Positions 1-11,884 of a DNA stretch of 51,855 nucleotides are shown here, one piece after another. The notes beneath the pieces were generated by a model that saw only the letters and a list, made by a program, of their open reading frames with translations, was not told where the DNA came from and searched no databases. Numbering within the stretch: the stretch's first letter is position 1; every line of letters starts with the position of its first letter. The translations under genes and the position numbers were made by a program. Where the stretch lies: assembly GCA_033442325.1 (NCBI GenBank), contig JAWQFM010000016.1, positions 475,666 through 527,520 of the forward strand, given 5' to 3'. This stretch comes from Salpingoeca rosetta (Eukaryota > Protista > Choanoflagellata).

Positions 1-34
1 ACACACACACCCACACACACGCACACACACACAT

Positions 35-79
<45 letters not shown>

Positions 80-85
<6 letters not shown>

Positions 86-1010
86 CACATACACACAGAC
101 AGATACAGACACACACACACGCACGCACACACATACACATACACAACACATAATGGAGAGGGCAGGGGAGTTTGTGCATCAGCAAGTGCAGTTGCTGCAC
201 TCGCTGCCATCGTTTGAGGCGCTCCGGCCCAACATCGACACCATGCGCATGGATCTGGGAGAGGACGAGGATGACGCACAGCCCATGCCCTCCGAACAGT
301 CCATCAAAAAGGCCATCAAGAAAGGTGCTGCGAACACGTGTATGTGTATGCGTGCATGCTCAGTTTGTATGCGTGTGAGTGCGAGCCGTGTTGCAGCTCT
401 TGTGACCGATCAACGGTGGTGTCACCTGCCCACCACTCACAACGCACTCTCTTGACACCGCAACGCGTTGCAGCAAACGACATGGCACTGCAGAAGATGC
501 GGAGCGTTCACGGGCATGTGGGGCGTCGGGAAGCCATCGATCAGCTCTCCGGGCTGATGCGGCCGCAAGGGGACGTTGTCGACGCCACAAACGCGTCAGA
601 CTGGCGACAGCTGCCGATGGAGTGGCCGAACATGGCCGCTGTCAGCTCACAGGGCGAGGGCGATGGCTCATCGACGCAACAGCAGGCCAGCAGCGGCGCG
701 ACAGCCGACAGCGTGCAGCAGCGCGACGAATACCGCCAGCTCCGCCTCAAGGCGCAACGGGAGTATGAGGAGGTGCAACGCGTGCGCGAGCAGGTTGCGC
801 AGACGGAGCAGCTGCTGGAGGTGGTGGAAGCCGTCGGCAGCGATCTTGACACGGGCGCTGTCGATGCCTTGAAGACGGCCGTCAACGGAGCAGACAAGTC
901 GAGTAAGTGCGCTTTGATTACACGTGTGTGTGCGTGCATGCATGTGCATGCGTGTGCGTGTGTGTGCGTGTGTGTGTGTATGTGTATGTGTATGTATGTG
1001 TGCACGTGTG
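80..1010 (+). repeat. Direct duplication of about 0.93 kb; second copy at about 3325-4255
   Basis: The ORF track gives identical translations (172..378 = 3417..3623, 576..872 = 3821..4117). Introns also look identical by eye. Confidence 0.95.
153..902 (+). CDS. Partial duplicate copy (exons 1-2) of the Fta4/Nkp1-like gene at 3398-4549; the rest would lie in the N gap
   Basis: ATG at 153; exon 153-324, GT-AG intron 325-473, exon 474-902, donor GTAAGT at 903. Matches 3398-4147 at an offset of 3245 nt. Confidence 0.7.
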
Positions 1011-1800
1011 NNNNNNNNNNNNNNNNNNNNNNNNNNNNNNNNNNNNNNNNNNNNNNNNNNNNNNNNNNNNNNNNNNNNNNNNNNNNNNNNNNNNNNNNNN
1101 NNNNNNNNNNNNNNNNNNNNNNNNNNNNNNNNNNNNNNNNNNNNNNNNNNNNNNNNNNNNNNNNNNNNNNNNNNNNNNNNNNNNNNNNNNNNNNNNNNNN
1201 NNNNNNNNNNNNNNNNNNNNNNNNNNNNNNNNNNNNNNNNNNNNNNNNNNNNNNNNNNNNNNNNNNNNNNNNNNNNNNNNNNNNNNNNNNNNNNNNNNNN
1301 NNNNNNNNNNNNNNNNNNNNNNNNNNNNNNNNNNNNNNNNNNNNNNNNNNNNNNNNNNNNNNNNNNNNNNNNNNNNNNNNNNNNNNNNNNNNNNNNNNNN
1401 NNNNNNNNNNNNNNNNNNNNNNNNNNNNNNNNNNNNNNNNNNNNNNNNNNNNNNNNNNNNNNNNNNNNNNNNNNNNNNNNNNNNNNNNNNNNNNNNNNNN
1501 NNNNNNNNNNNNNNNNNNNNNNNNNNNNNNNNNNNNNNNNNNNNNNNNNNNNNNNNNNNNNNNNNNNNNNNNNNNNNNNNNNNNNNNNNNNNNNNNNNNN
1601 NNNNNNNNNNNNNNNNNNNNNNNNNNNNNNNNNNNNNNNNNNNNNNNNNNNNNNNNNNNNNNNNNNNNNNNNNNNNNNNNNNNNNNNNNNNNNNNNNNNN
1701 NNNNNNNNNNNNNNNNNNNNNNNNNNNNNNNNNNNNNNNNNNNNNNNNNNNNNNNNNNNNNNNNNNNNNNNNNNNNNNNNNNNNNNNNNNNNNNNNNNNN
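1011..1800. other. Assembly gap (790 N)
   Basis: Run of N bases. Confidence 1.
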
Positions 1801-1830
1801 AGACAGACAGACAGACAGAATAGACAGACA

Positions 1831-1885
<55 letters not shown>

Positions 1886-1891
1886 GCATAC

Positions 1892-3143
1892 CGTGTATCG
1901 GTCATGCCAAAGTCATCGCCGCTGCAAGCTCCGTCTTGGGCAATTCGCCGCCCCAGCCACGCCACAACTGCAGATGAGACCATGAGAGACTATGAGAATG
2001 GAGGCAGATAAAAAGCAGAGCACAGCTTCAACCACGTAGATTATTCCACACACACACGGTCCATACAGCCACACAGACCGACAGAAACAGAGACAGAGAG
2101 AGAGAGAGACACACACACACACACAGACACACCCACACATCCAGCAGTTTCAACGAACGTTTCTGATCAGCGGGCGAAGCGTGATCTGCAATCTCAGCGT
2201 CACCGCTCAAGTATCGAAGCTGCAACGCACTTCGATGACACGGTGCACACGTAGATAGATGTACATGGAGCGCATTCATGCTCAACCGTGAGAGACTGCC
2301 AAAGTAGCTGGCAAAAAAGAAATTCAAACACGCAGACGAAAGGCAACGAACAAAGCACTGCCATACAAATGCAATCAGACACAGTCACACGCACACACTG
2401 CCAAACACAAATACAATCACAGACAGACAAACAAGCAGACACGCAGACAGACAGACAAATACAACCATTTCGATCACACCTGTATGTGTAGAGGACATGT
2501 GGCTGAAGGCCAACGTTTCCAGCGTACGCACCGGTGTTGTGGCACCGACAGGCGTCTGCCAGTGCCAGGAACTTGCTGGCCGGGAAGTCTGCTTCACGCC
2601 GCAACAGGGCCTAGCAGGGTGGTCGTACATTGAGCTGTGAGTTTATGCAACAATGCGCAGGTGCACAGGCTGTAAAAGCTCAGCAAAGAACAAACCACTC
2701 AAAACAGGCACATTGGCGAACATCCAGGCCAACCCATACCCGGAGTGTCTCACACGTGCGCACATTCACGTACGCACACAGACACACACGTACACACATG
2801 CAAACACACAGACACACACAGACACACACGAACACACACGAACACACAGACACAGACACACAGACACAGATATACATACACACATACATACACAAACACA
2901 ACGCACACACACACACGCACAAACACGCAAGTGTTTGCTTACACAGGTGTTGACGCCAAAGTAAGCACCGGATAAGAACATGTGGTCCACCATGCATTCC
3001 ATCAAGCTTGAGGATCCATCGCCACCACCATCACTGCCGTCATCACGACCATCATCAACAGGAGAACGCTTCTCTTGCTTGACACCATCCCGCTGTCGCT
3101 CGTGGCCACGCACAAACTGCACCACCGCATCCACGTCCATCAC
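1892..3143 (-). CDS. Putative multi-exon gene, 3' end probably in the gap; weak resemblance to PCI-domain CSN7/eIF3m proteins
   Basis: Candidate exons: M(M)DVDAVVQFVRG...MECMVDHMFLSGAYFGVNTC (donor GTAAGC); ALLRREADFPASKFLALADACRCHNT; a possible micro-exon GVIEM; LRYLSGDAEIADHASPADQKRSLKLLD; ...VVAWLGRRIAQDGACSGDDFGMTDTR (donor GTATGC at 1891). Exon joins are ambiguous. Confidence 0.35.
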
Positions 3144-3277
3144 CAGCGTCCAGCACCAACCGAAAATTATCTAAATTATCTACAAACTTTCCGTAACGGA
3201 GCCGTTGGTCACTGGCGCGCCACAACAACAACAACAACACACAGACACACACACCCACACACACACACAGGCACACA

Positions 3278-3326
<49 letters not shown>

Positions 3327-3397
3327 CACGCACATACACACAGACAGATACAGACACACACACACGCACGCACACACATACACATACACAACACATA

Positions 3398-4527
3398 ATG
3401 GAGAGGGCAGGGGAGTTTGTGCATCAGCAAGTGCAGTTGCTGCACTCGCTGCCATCGTTTGAGGCGCTCCGGCCCAACATCGACACCATGCGCATGGATC
3501 TGGGAGAGGACGAGGATGACGCACAGCCCATGCCCTCCGAACAGTCCATCAAAAAGGCCATCAAGAAAGGTGCTGCGAACACGTGTATGTGTATGCGTGC
3601 ATGCTCAGTTTGTATGCGTGTGAGTGCGAGCCGTGTTGCAGCTCTTGTGACCGATCAACGGTGGTGTCACCTGCCCACCACTCACAACGCACTCTCTTGA
3701 CACCGCAACGCGTTGCAGCAAACGACATGGCACTGCAGAAGATGCGGAGCGTTCACGGGCATGTGGGGCGTCGGGAAGCCATCGATCAGCTCTCCGGGCT
3801 GATGCGGCCGCAAGGGGACGTTGTCGACGCCACAAACGCGTCAGACTGGCGACAGCTGCCGATGGAGTGGCCGAACATGGCCGCTGTCAGCTCACAGGGC
3901 GAGGGCGATGGCTCATCGACGCAACAGCAGGCCAGCAGCGGCGCGACAGCCGACAGCGTGCAGCAGCGCGACGAATACCGCCAGCTCCGCCTCAAGGCGC
4001 AACGGGAGTATGAGGAGGTGCAACGCGTGCGCGAGCAGGTTGCGCAGACGGAGCAGCTGCTGGAGGTGGTGGAAGCCGTCGGCAGCGATCTTGACACGGG
4101 CGCTGTCGATGCCTTGAAGACGGCCGTCAACGGAGCAGACAAGTCGAGTAAGTGCGCTTTGATTACACGTGTGTGTGCGTGCATGCATGTGCATGCGTGT
4201 GCGTGTGTGTGCGTGTGTGTGTGTATGTGTATGTGTATGTATGTGTGCACGTGTGTGTTTGTCCCCGTCTCATTCTCGTGCGTGCGGGTGTGCACCATCA
4301 ACCCCCCGCCCCTCCATATCATGCGATGCCTTTGCAGTACATGCGCTGCAGTCTGCGCTCGCTGATCCGGAGAAGCGAACGAAGATCGCGGCTCGCCTGC
4401 GCGCGAACGGCAATGGTGATGATGTCCATAGTGGTGGTCACAATGGCGACGGCAGCGGTGATGGGGTGTTGCCTGAGAAGCGGCCGAAAATGGACCCAGC
4501 AGCCGTCTTGCAGCAGCTGTTGCAATC

Positions 4528-4549
<22 letters not shown>
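3398..4549 (+). CDS. 3-exon ~270-aa coiled-coil protein resembling kinetochore Fta4/Nkp1
   Basis: Exons 3398-3569, 3719-4147 and 4338-4549 join in phase with GT-AG introns. Motifs [40 protein letters not shown] and YRQLRLKAQ follow the order recalled for the FTA4 family. Gene structure is solid; the family call is tentative. Confidence 0.6.
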
Positions 4550-4558
<9 letters not shown>

Positions 4559-4715
4559 CAAGCAACATCAGCAGTGACTCGTTGCACGTTGTGTGTGCGT
4601 GTGTGTTGTGCGTACGCAAGCGGAGGAAGAAGATGATTGTTACGTTACCTGACATGCACGTACGGTCGTCGTGGTCGTTTGACAGGGGCGTGTCGTTGAA
4701 TTCAGCCATGTGGCA

Positions 4716-4794
<79 letters not shown>

Positions 4795-5125
4795 GTGTGC
4801 AGTGTGTGTGTGTTTTGTCTTGTCCTTGTTCAAATTCGTGTGGCTTTGTTTGTGTTTGCCATCATCGTTTGGCTGTGTGTGCATGTGTGGATGGGTTTAG
4901 CAGCGCCTTCATCAGTGCTGCTGACTTGTGCGTTTAATTGCTTCTTTGCTTCTTGTCCTTCATTGACGAATAAACCGACCACGAACCAAAGCCACCATCA
5001 CGAGCACGCAGGGATAAGACCGAGTGCTACACCATCACCACCAATCATCAACCACCAATCACCACTACGATCACCACGACAATCACCACCACCACTACCA
5101 CCAACAATCATCAGCACCACGGGGA

Positions 5126-5263
5126 CTACTCGGCAAACCCGAGCTCCTCTGCGCGTTTCGCAGCAGCGGCAACAGCGGTGATGACGGCGCCGCGAAATCC
5201 ACCGTCCTCGAGCGCATGCACCCCGGCAATTGTCGTGCCGTTGGGCGAGCACACCTGTCGGAT

Positions 5264-5314
<51 letters not shown>

Positions 5315-5874
5315 AGGGAAAGGGAGGCGACGTGGAGAGAAAAGGTGGTATGAAAGGGGAGAGAGGAACACGGAGGTGGGTATAGAGTGTGAGCAACAGG
5401 CACAGACACAGACAGCCAAGATAGATCGATGCACAGACACAGACACAGACACAGACACACAGAGACAGACAGACAGATCGATGCACAGACAGACAGACAG
5501 CCACACGAACACAGACACACAGACACACATACCTGGTCCTTGAGGTGTGCCGGGTGGTCGTTTGTCTCGAGCACCATCTTGGCAGCGCCGAGGAGCGTCT
5601 GGGCAGCAAGCAGCTGCGCCTCCCGCCTGGTGGTGGCGGCGGTGGTGATGGCGGTGGTGAGATGGATGTGGTGAGCGACGTGAAAGGTCGCATTCGTACA
5701 CACACACACACACACACAGACACACACACACACACACAGACACACACGACACGCACAGACACGACACACACAGACACACACAGACACACAGACACAGACA
5801 CACACGACACGCACAGACACACAAACAAATACACACACACACACACGACACACACACACACGACACACAGACAC

Positions 5875-5926
<52 letters not shown>

Positions 5927-6553
5927 GGACCTTGAGAGGCCTGCGCGGACGCCACCGTCAGCCATGGCCTCAATCATCATGTATCCATACGCGGGGCCGC
6001 TGCCACTCAGGCCCGTTACCGCGTTCATGTGCGACTCCTGCACGTGGCCGTGATGGAGTGGCGGTGTTTGATATGAGGCGTTCGTTGTGCTGAGGTGTTC
6101 GTTGTGCACCCAACACAACATCACACCGCTACCGCAGCACCGCAGCACTGCAGCGTTGTGCCAACTCAATGCCGTACCGTCACGCCTCGCTCCATCATCA
6201 TACTTCATCACCACCACCACCTTTGGCGCCACCACAAGTCGATGGCTCGCCACGCACCTTGACACGGACGCAGGTGCCGATGGCCGACATCATCTCTTCC
6301 ACGAGCGCAATGTCCTCTGGCGTGGCGTCCGGATCTGCCGCTATCGCCGTCGCACCCTCGCGCACAAGCGCAGGCGTGTTGGGCATCACCCGCACAATGC
6401 GCGCATGGCTCTTCAGGTGCTGTGGGAGAAAGACAAAAGAGAGGAGGAGAAAGGGAAGGAGAGGGGTGACGATGAAGGGTGGAATAATAATAATAAGAGC
6501 ACTCCGGGAGGTGCTTGCGAGTTTGCACACCCAGACACGCACACACACACGCG

Positions 6554-6596
<43 letters not shown>

Positions 6597-7108
6597 AGAC
6601 ACACACACATAACACACACACACACACATAAACGTACACAAACACACGCACACACCTTCTGCAGGGTCTTGATGCGAACACCGGCCGCGATGGAGACGAC
6701 GAGCGTGGAGGTGCCCACGGCAGAGGCAATCTCCTGCAGGACACTGACGACGACGTTCGGCTTGACCGCGATGACGACAACCTCGGCCGCCTTGACAACA
6801 TCCACGTTCTTGGCGTGCGTGTTGATGCCGACGTCGCTGACGGCCTTGATGCACTCCTCGCTGGGATCCGCGGCGTGGATGTTGCTGGCGGGCGTCACAA
6901 ACCCTTGGATCATGCCGCGCATCATGGCCTGCGCCATCTTGCCGCACCCAATGAACCCAATCACGGGGTTCTTCTGCTTCATCAACGACTCCATCTCTGC
7001 GTATGGGTGTAGTAGCTACGAATTGGACGAAAGCGAGAGCAGTCGCTTTGAGAGCAAGGGAAAAGAAAATGATGACGAGGCTAGACGATTAGCCATGTCT
7101 TCAACCAT
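5126..7108 (-). CDS. PYCR: Pyrroline-5-carboxylate reductase
   Basis: Six exons in phase: 7108-7087, 6996-6656, 6419-6258, 6037-5931, 5626-5533, 5254-5126. Motifs [73 protein letters not shown]. Confidence 0.96.
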
Positions 7109-7319
7109 ATTTCTACAACGTCAAGCAAGCAAGCGCAGTGAGGTGGGTGGTGTGCATTGCGTGAGTGTGCGTGAGTGTGCGTGAGTGTTTGTTGCTCGCT
7201 TCGCCGTTTGCCTTGTTGGTTGGTGGGTGCTGGAGTGTGTTTATATTTGTGTTCCTCGCCCACACCTCTCTTTACCTCACGCCCTTGGTCCTCCCTCCTT
7301 CCTGTCGCTTGCTTCTACA

Positions 7320-7428
<109 letters not shown>

Positions 7429-7534
7429 TCACGCGCATTGCATCCGTCACAATCATTTCCCCCCTCACGTGCAGAACAAACAGAGCACAACAACTGCGGC
7501 AACAGCAGCGACGACCACCAACAAACAAACAGCC

Positions 7535-7894
7535 ATGCCCCAAGTAGCCGTGAACAACCTCACCACTCCCCTTGGCATCTCCAAGCTTGCCATCTTTGTA
7601 CGTGTATGGTGTTGCCGGATTTCGGTGTTTGCTGGGCCTGCTCGACATGCGACGCTGTTGCTCTGCTGCGCGCTTCTCTCGCCTACTTAAACACGAACAC
7701 ACACACACACACACTCTCTCTCTCACACACACGCACACACTTGCCCGTTGCAGTTCTTCACCTTGTGTGCATTTGCTGCCGTGTCTGCTTGGAGCTGCTC
7801 TGTTGGCGGCTTCAGCGCTGACTACTCGTGAGTTTGAAGTGGAAGCCTTTGTTTGTGTCGCCACGTTAGCGTGTATTTCATCCTCCACACCCAA

Positions 7895-7955
<61 letters not shown>

Positions 7956-8505
7956 CACCTCTCTTGTTGTTCATTGCAGCGACATTGACAATGGCGAGTT
8001 CTTCTTGGCAATCCACGTCCTTGGCTGGCTTCTGAGCATCTTCTTCATCGCGGAATATGTCTTCTTCCTCGGCAACGTCACCTCTTGTCTCCCCTTCAAC
8101 TACTACATGGCGGTATGGCGTTGCATGCTCAGCTGGAACGACCGCTCCCTTTCCCTTCATCCCTGCTGCGCACAGGGCTGTACTGTACGTCTGCAACGCT
8201 GCATGCCAGCCAGCCCACCATCTCACGTGCATCCATATGTGTGTGTATGTGTGTTGTGTGTATGTGTGTTGTGTGTTGTGTGTTGTGTGTTGTGTGTTGT
8301 GCAGGATGCGAGCCTGTGCGTGTCGTGGGGGTTCATGTCCATCATTGCCTCTGGCGTGCATGCCTCGGACTGGGTCGATGCCAAAGACAGCGCTGCCTTC
8401 AAGGCGGCCTGTGACGGCGAGGATGGCTACCAGTTTGGCCTCGTGAGTTCTGCCGTTGGAGTGGAGGGCAGGCCGGTGGCGGGAAGTGGGCGTATGCACA
8501 CATGC

Positions 8506-8552
<47 letters not shown>

Positions 8553-8952
8553 TGCGTGTGAATATGTACTTCCATGTGTGAGTGTGCATTTCCTCTTCCT
8601 CTAGCACCCAGGTCTCGCTCATCTCCAATCCTCCTCATCTTCACGACTACGAACACCCCCCCCCCCCCCACACACACACCAATACGGCCAGGCGATGGGG
8701 TTCTTTGCTGCGTTTGGATGGTTCGTGTCCGCGGTCCTCGCCTTCCTGCAGGCGCGACAGGGCGACGCCGCATTCTCGCGTGAGTCCACCATCACATGTG
8801 CTGTTGTTGTTGGCGGTGGTGGTGCTGTTCTGCATGCAAGCATGCCTGTATCAACGGCGAGCATGGGGGAAGGGCGAGGATGAGTGTGGCTGAAAGAGAC
8901 GCGGGTTGCTGTTCAATTGGGGGCGGGGGGGTAGGACAGGAGTCCTTCACAC

Positions 8953-9029
<77 letters not shown>

Positions 9030-9144
9030 AGACTCGAGCTCGTCGCAGTCGACGACGACGACAAGCAACCCCGACGGATCCACGACCACAACCACCGTCA
9101 CCAAGGCAAACGTGGCGCAGCAGTCGTCCCAGCTCCCGTACTGA
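7535..9144 (+). CDS. Four-transmembrane MARVEL protein, synaptophysin/synaptoporin-like
   Basis: Six in-phase exons: 7535-7597, 7754-7827, 7980-8112, 8305-8442, 8692-8779, 9032-9144. TTPLGISKLAIFFFTLCAFAAVSAW resembles synaptophysin EPLGFxKVLQWVFAIFAFATCG; ADYSDIDNGEFFLAIHVL resembles GDYSSSAEFFVTVAVF. Four hydrophobic segments and a Ser/Thr-rich tail. Confidence 0.8.
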
Positions 9145-10099
9145 GCACGACTGATACGCCTCCACCCCCCTCCACACTACCATTCTTTGCTTCACGTCGA
9201 GGGTGTTCTGTGTCCATCCATCTTTGTTTCTTTACATTAGTGTACATGTCTGTACTCCCTCTTTATCTCTTCCTGCCTTCATCTCTCTCGACTCTCCCAT
9301 TCTGTGGTATTCTCTTTGTCCATTCGCCTCCGCATCCCCCATTGCCACCCACCTCGCCCTATTCCCTCGTTGGTGTTCCTGGCACCACGTGTAACATCCC
9401 CCCTCCCAATCGTCGCGCCAAACACCCGTTCTCCCGCCCCGCCCCCATCCGTGTGCTTGATGCATCGCCCTTGATGCTGTACCTGCCTGCGCTCACCAAA
9501 CACGTTTCTAGCGTGTGTGTGTGTGTGTGTGCGTGTTGTCGTTTCTTGCATTGTGTGCATGTTACTCCACCTCCACTGCGCTTCAGTGCATTAACAAATC
9601 CACCCCGCCCTTACCCCAAGTGCCACATTATCCATTGTAAAAGAAACCACAAAGGGCGTATGTATTTAGTGCATCAGCGCATGGCACTGCGCGTTCCATC
9701 AAATTGCGCACTTTCACAGTGGGAGTTGAACAGAAGGAGTGACAAGGAGGGCGCGGTTGGGAGTCAAGCAACGCGACTACGCTAAGCGAACGGTACAGAG
9801 AGAAAGCAAGAAAAGGGCTCAACGAGGCAGGCAGAACAAGGGAAACAAACAAATTCACAATCAATGCGACAACATGTCTCACAGACACCGACATATGGAC
9901 ACACACTTACAGACATTCATACACACATTCACACACACACACGGACACGCATAGACGCACACGAACTAGGTCTCAGAACGCAAGCAAAGAAGACAGAGTG
10001 CCCAACCCACAACCAACGGGAAAAAGGCACGGTTACATCGTACTCCTGCTTGCGCAGCAACAACAGCACGCTTCACGCAAGCGCTTTTGCGCTGCTTGA

Positions 10100-10282
10100 T
10101 CAAACAAAGTCAAGCCATGCTGGGAGGTAGAGAATGGTGGCGAAGATCCACAGCGACAACAAGGCAATCAGCACACCGTTGAACAGCATCCGCTCCCAGG
10201 GCTCAAGCATGTACAGGCCGATGGTGACGTTGTACTTCAAGTGCATGCGCTGCACCAGGTCCACGACGCCTCCGCCTGCCAT
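10100..10282 (-). CDS. SPTSSA: Serine palmitoyltransferase small subunit (ssSPT), 60 aa, single exon
   Basis: Hallmark Y-x-VT-x-GLYMLEPWER-x-LFN followed by one transmembrane helix. Confidence 0.92.
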   Translation of the reverse strand: MAGGGVVDLVQRMHLKYNVTIGLYMLEPWERMLFNGVLIALLSLWIFATILYLPAWLDFV

Positions 10283-10314
10283 CTCGCTGTGTATGCGGTG
10301 TGTGTGTGTGTGTG

Positions 10315-10379
<65 letters not shown>

Positions 10380-10513
10380 GTGTGTGTGTGATGAAGCTAG
10401 AAGCGAGCAAGGAAACGAGCAAGGAAGCGAGCAATGTGCACAACGTCTATCTTTGGCGTTGCGGAAGGTGCGATTGTGGAAGATTTGCGAATGTTTGTTG
10501 AGAGATTTCTTTC

Positions 10514-10862
10514 ATGCCAACGATGACGATGATGACGATGGCAAGGCAAACAACAAGGCAATGGAGGGTCTTGTTGTTGTTGTTGGTGGTGGTGTTGGTG
10601 GCAGGCACAGCGAGCATCGCAGCTGTGGCGGCAGCCAGCGCGGGGTTGGACCACAGCGGTGTGGTCATGGACAAGTGCACGCCGTTGACGCTCGCAGAAT
10701 TGCACGCATGCATCGACGAGCGCCCGCGAACACCAGCCGACCACGCTGAGGACAGCACGCCTTTAGTGCGCATCGTCGTCACTGACCCGCTGCTCGACAG
10801 CGTCAGCGTCGGCAACAGCAATGGTGACGGTGATGTACAGCATGGCCACCATCAACACCACA

Positions 10863-10913
<51 letters not shown>

Positions 10914-11853
10914 GCCGTGGCGGGGGCCTTGGTGACGCAAGGGAGCTTGCGGATCGGAACAAAGCATCCTACGCAGAAGTGTCAGTCGTCTTCCACAACA
11001 CAGAGCTCAGCAACGGCACCCGTATCCAGAAATTCATGCATGCAGCGTTCTTTCAACACCACATTGCCTCGTTGGCAATCTGGAAGCCGACGCACGTCTC
11101 CAGCGAAGCCCTGGCGAGCATCTTAATACCGGGCGCGTGGTCGCTGTACGAGCTCACCCTCTCCGATGTCAGCCTCCAGTCGTCGGCAGCGATGGATGTC
11201 CTCGTCTCGGTGATGGACGAATGCAATCACCTGGAAGCGCTTCTACTTCGTGATGTCAAATTGGAAGAGCACCACATCCGCACCCTCTTCGAAGCCCTCC
11301 CCACGTCCCTCCGGCGATTGGAAGTGTCATGTGAGATCTTTGTCTGTGAAAATATGTGTATGTGTGTGTGTGTATGTGTATGTGTGCGTGTGAATATGCG
11401 TGAGTGAAAATATGTGTGTGTATGTGTGTGTATGTGTGCGTGTGAATATGCGTGAGTGAAAATATGTGTATGTGTGTGTGTGTGAGTGAGTGTGTGTGTG
11501 TGAGTGTGTATGTGTGTATGTGTGTGTGTGTGTATGTGTGTGTGTGTACATGTGCGCGCGCACTTTAATGCGCTGCAGCAACACGGAATCACCTCCTCCC
11601 CCCTACTTGCCAACGGGTGCAGGTGTGGACAAAGGCAGCTATGCATCGTACTTGGGCGTGGACGCTGCACAGGCTCTTGCCAAGCGACAAGACCTTCATT
11701 TGACCCGGGTGCGTCCCCCATCTCAGACTCTTATGTGCTCATGTTCTGTTGTGCATTTGCTCTTGTGATATCTGCTTGCGTCTCATCTCCAGCCGTTGTG
11801 CATGTGTGTGTGTATGTGTATGTGTAAATGTGTGTGTATGTGTATGTTTCTGC

Positions 11854-11884
<31 letters not shown>

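Noticed and set aside
338-2011. Long ORFs spanning 1011-1800
   Set aside because: Open only because of the N gap.
4582-6265. Many HT/CV-repeat ORFs here and across the window
   Set aside because: Translations of (CA)n/(GT)n tracts, which lack stop codons.
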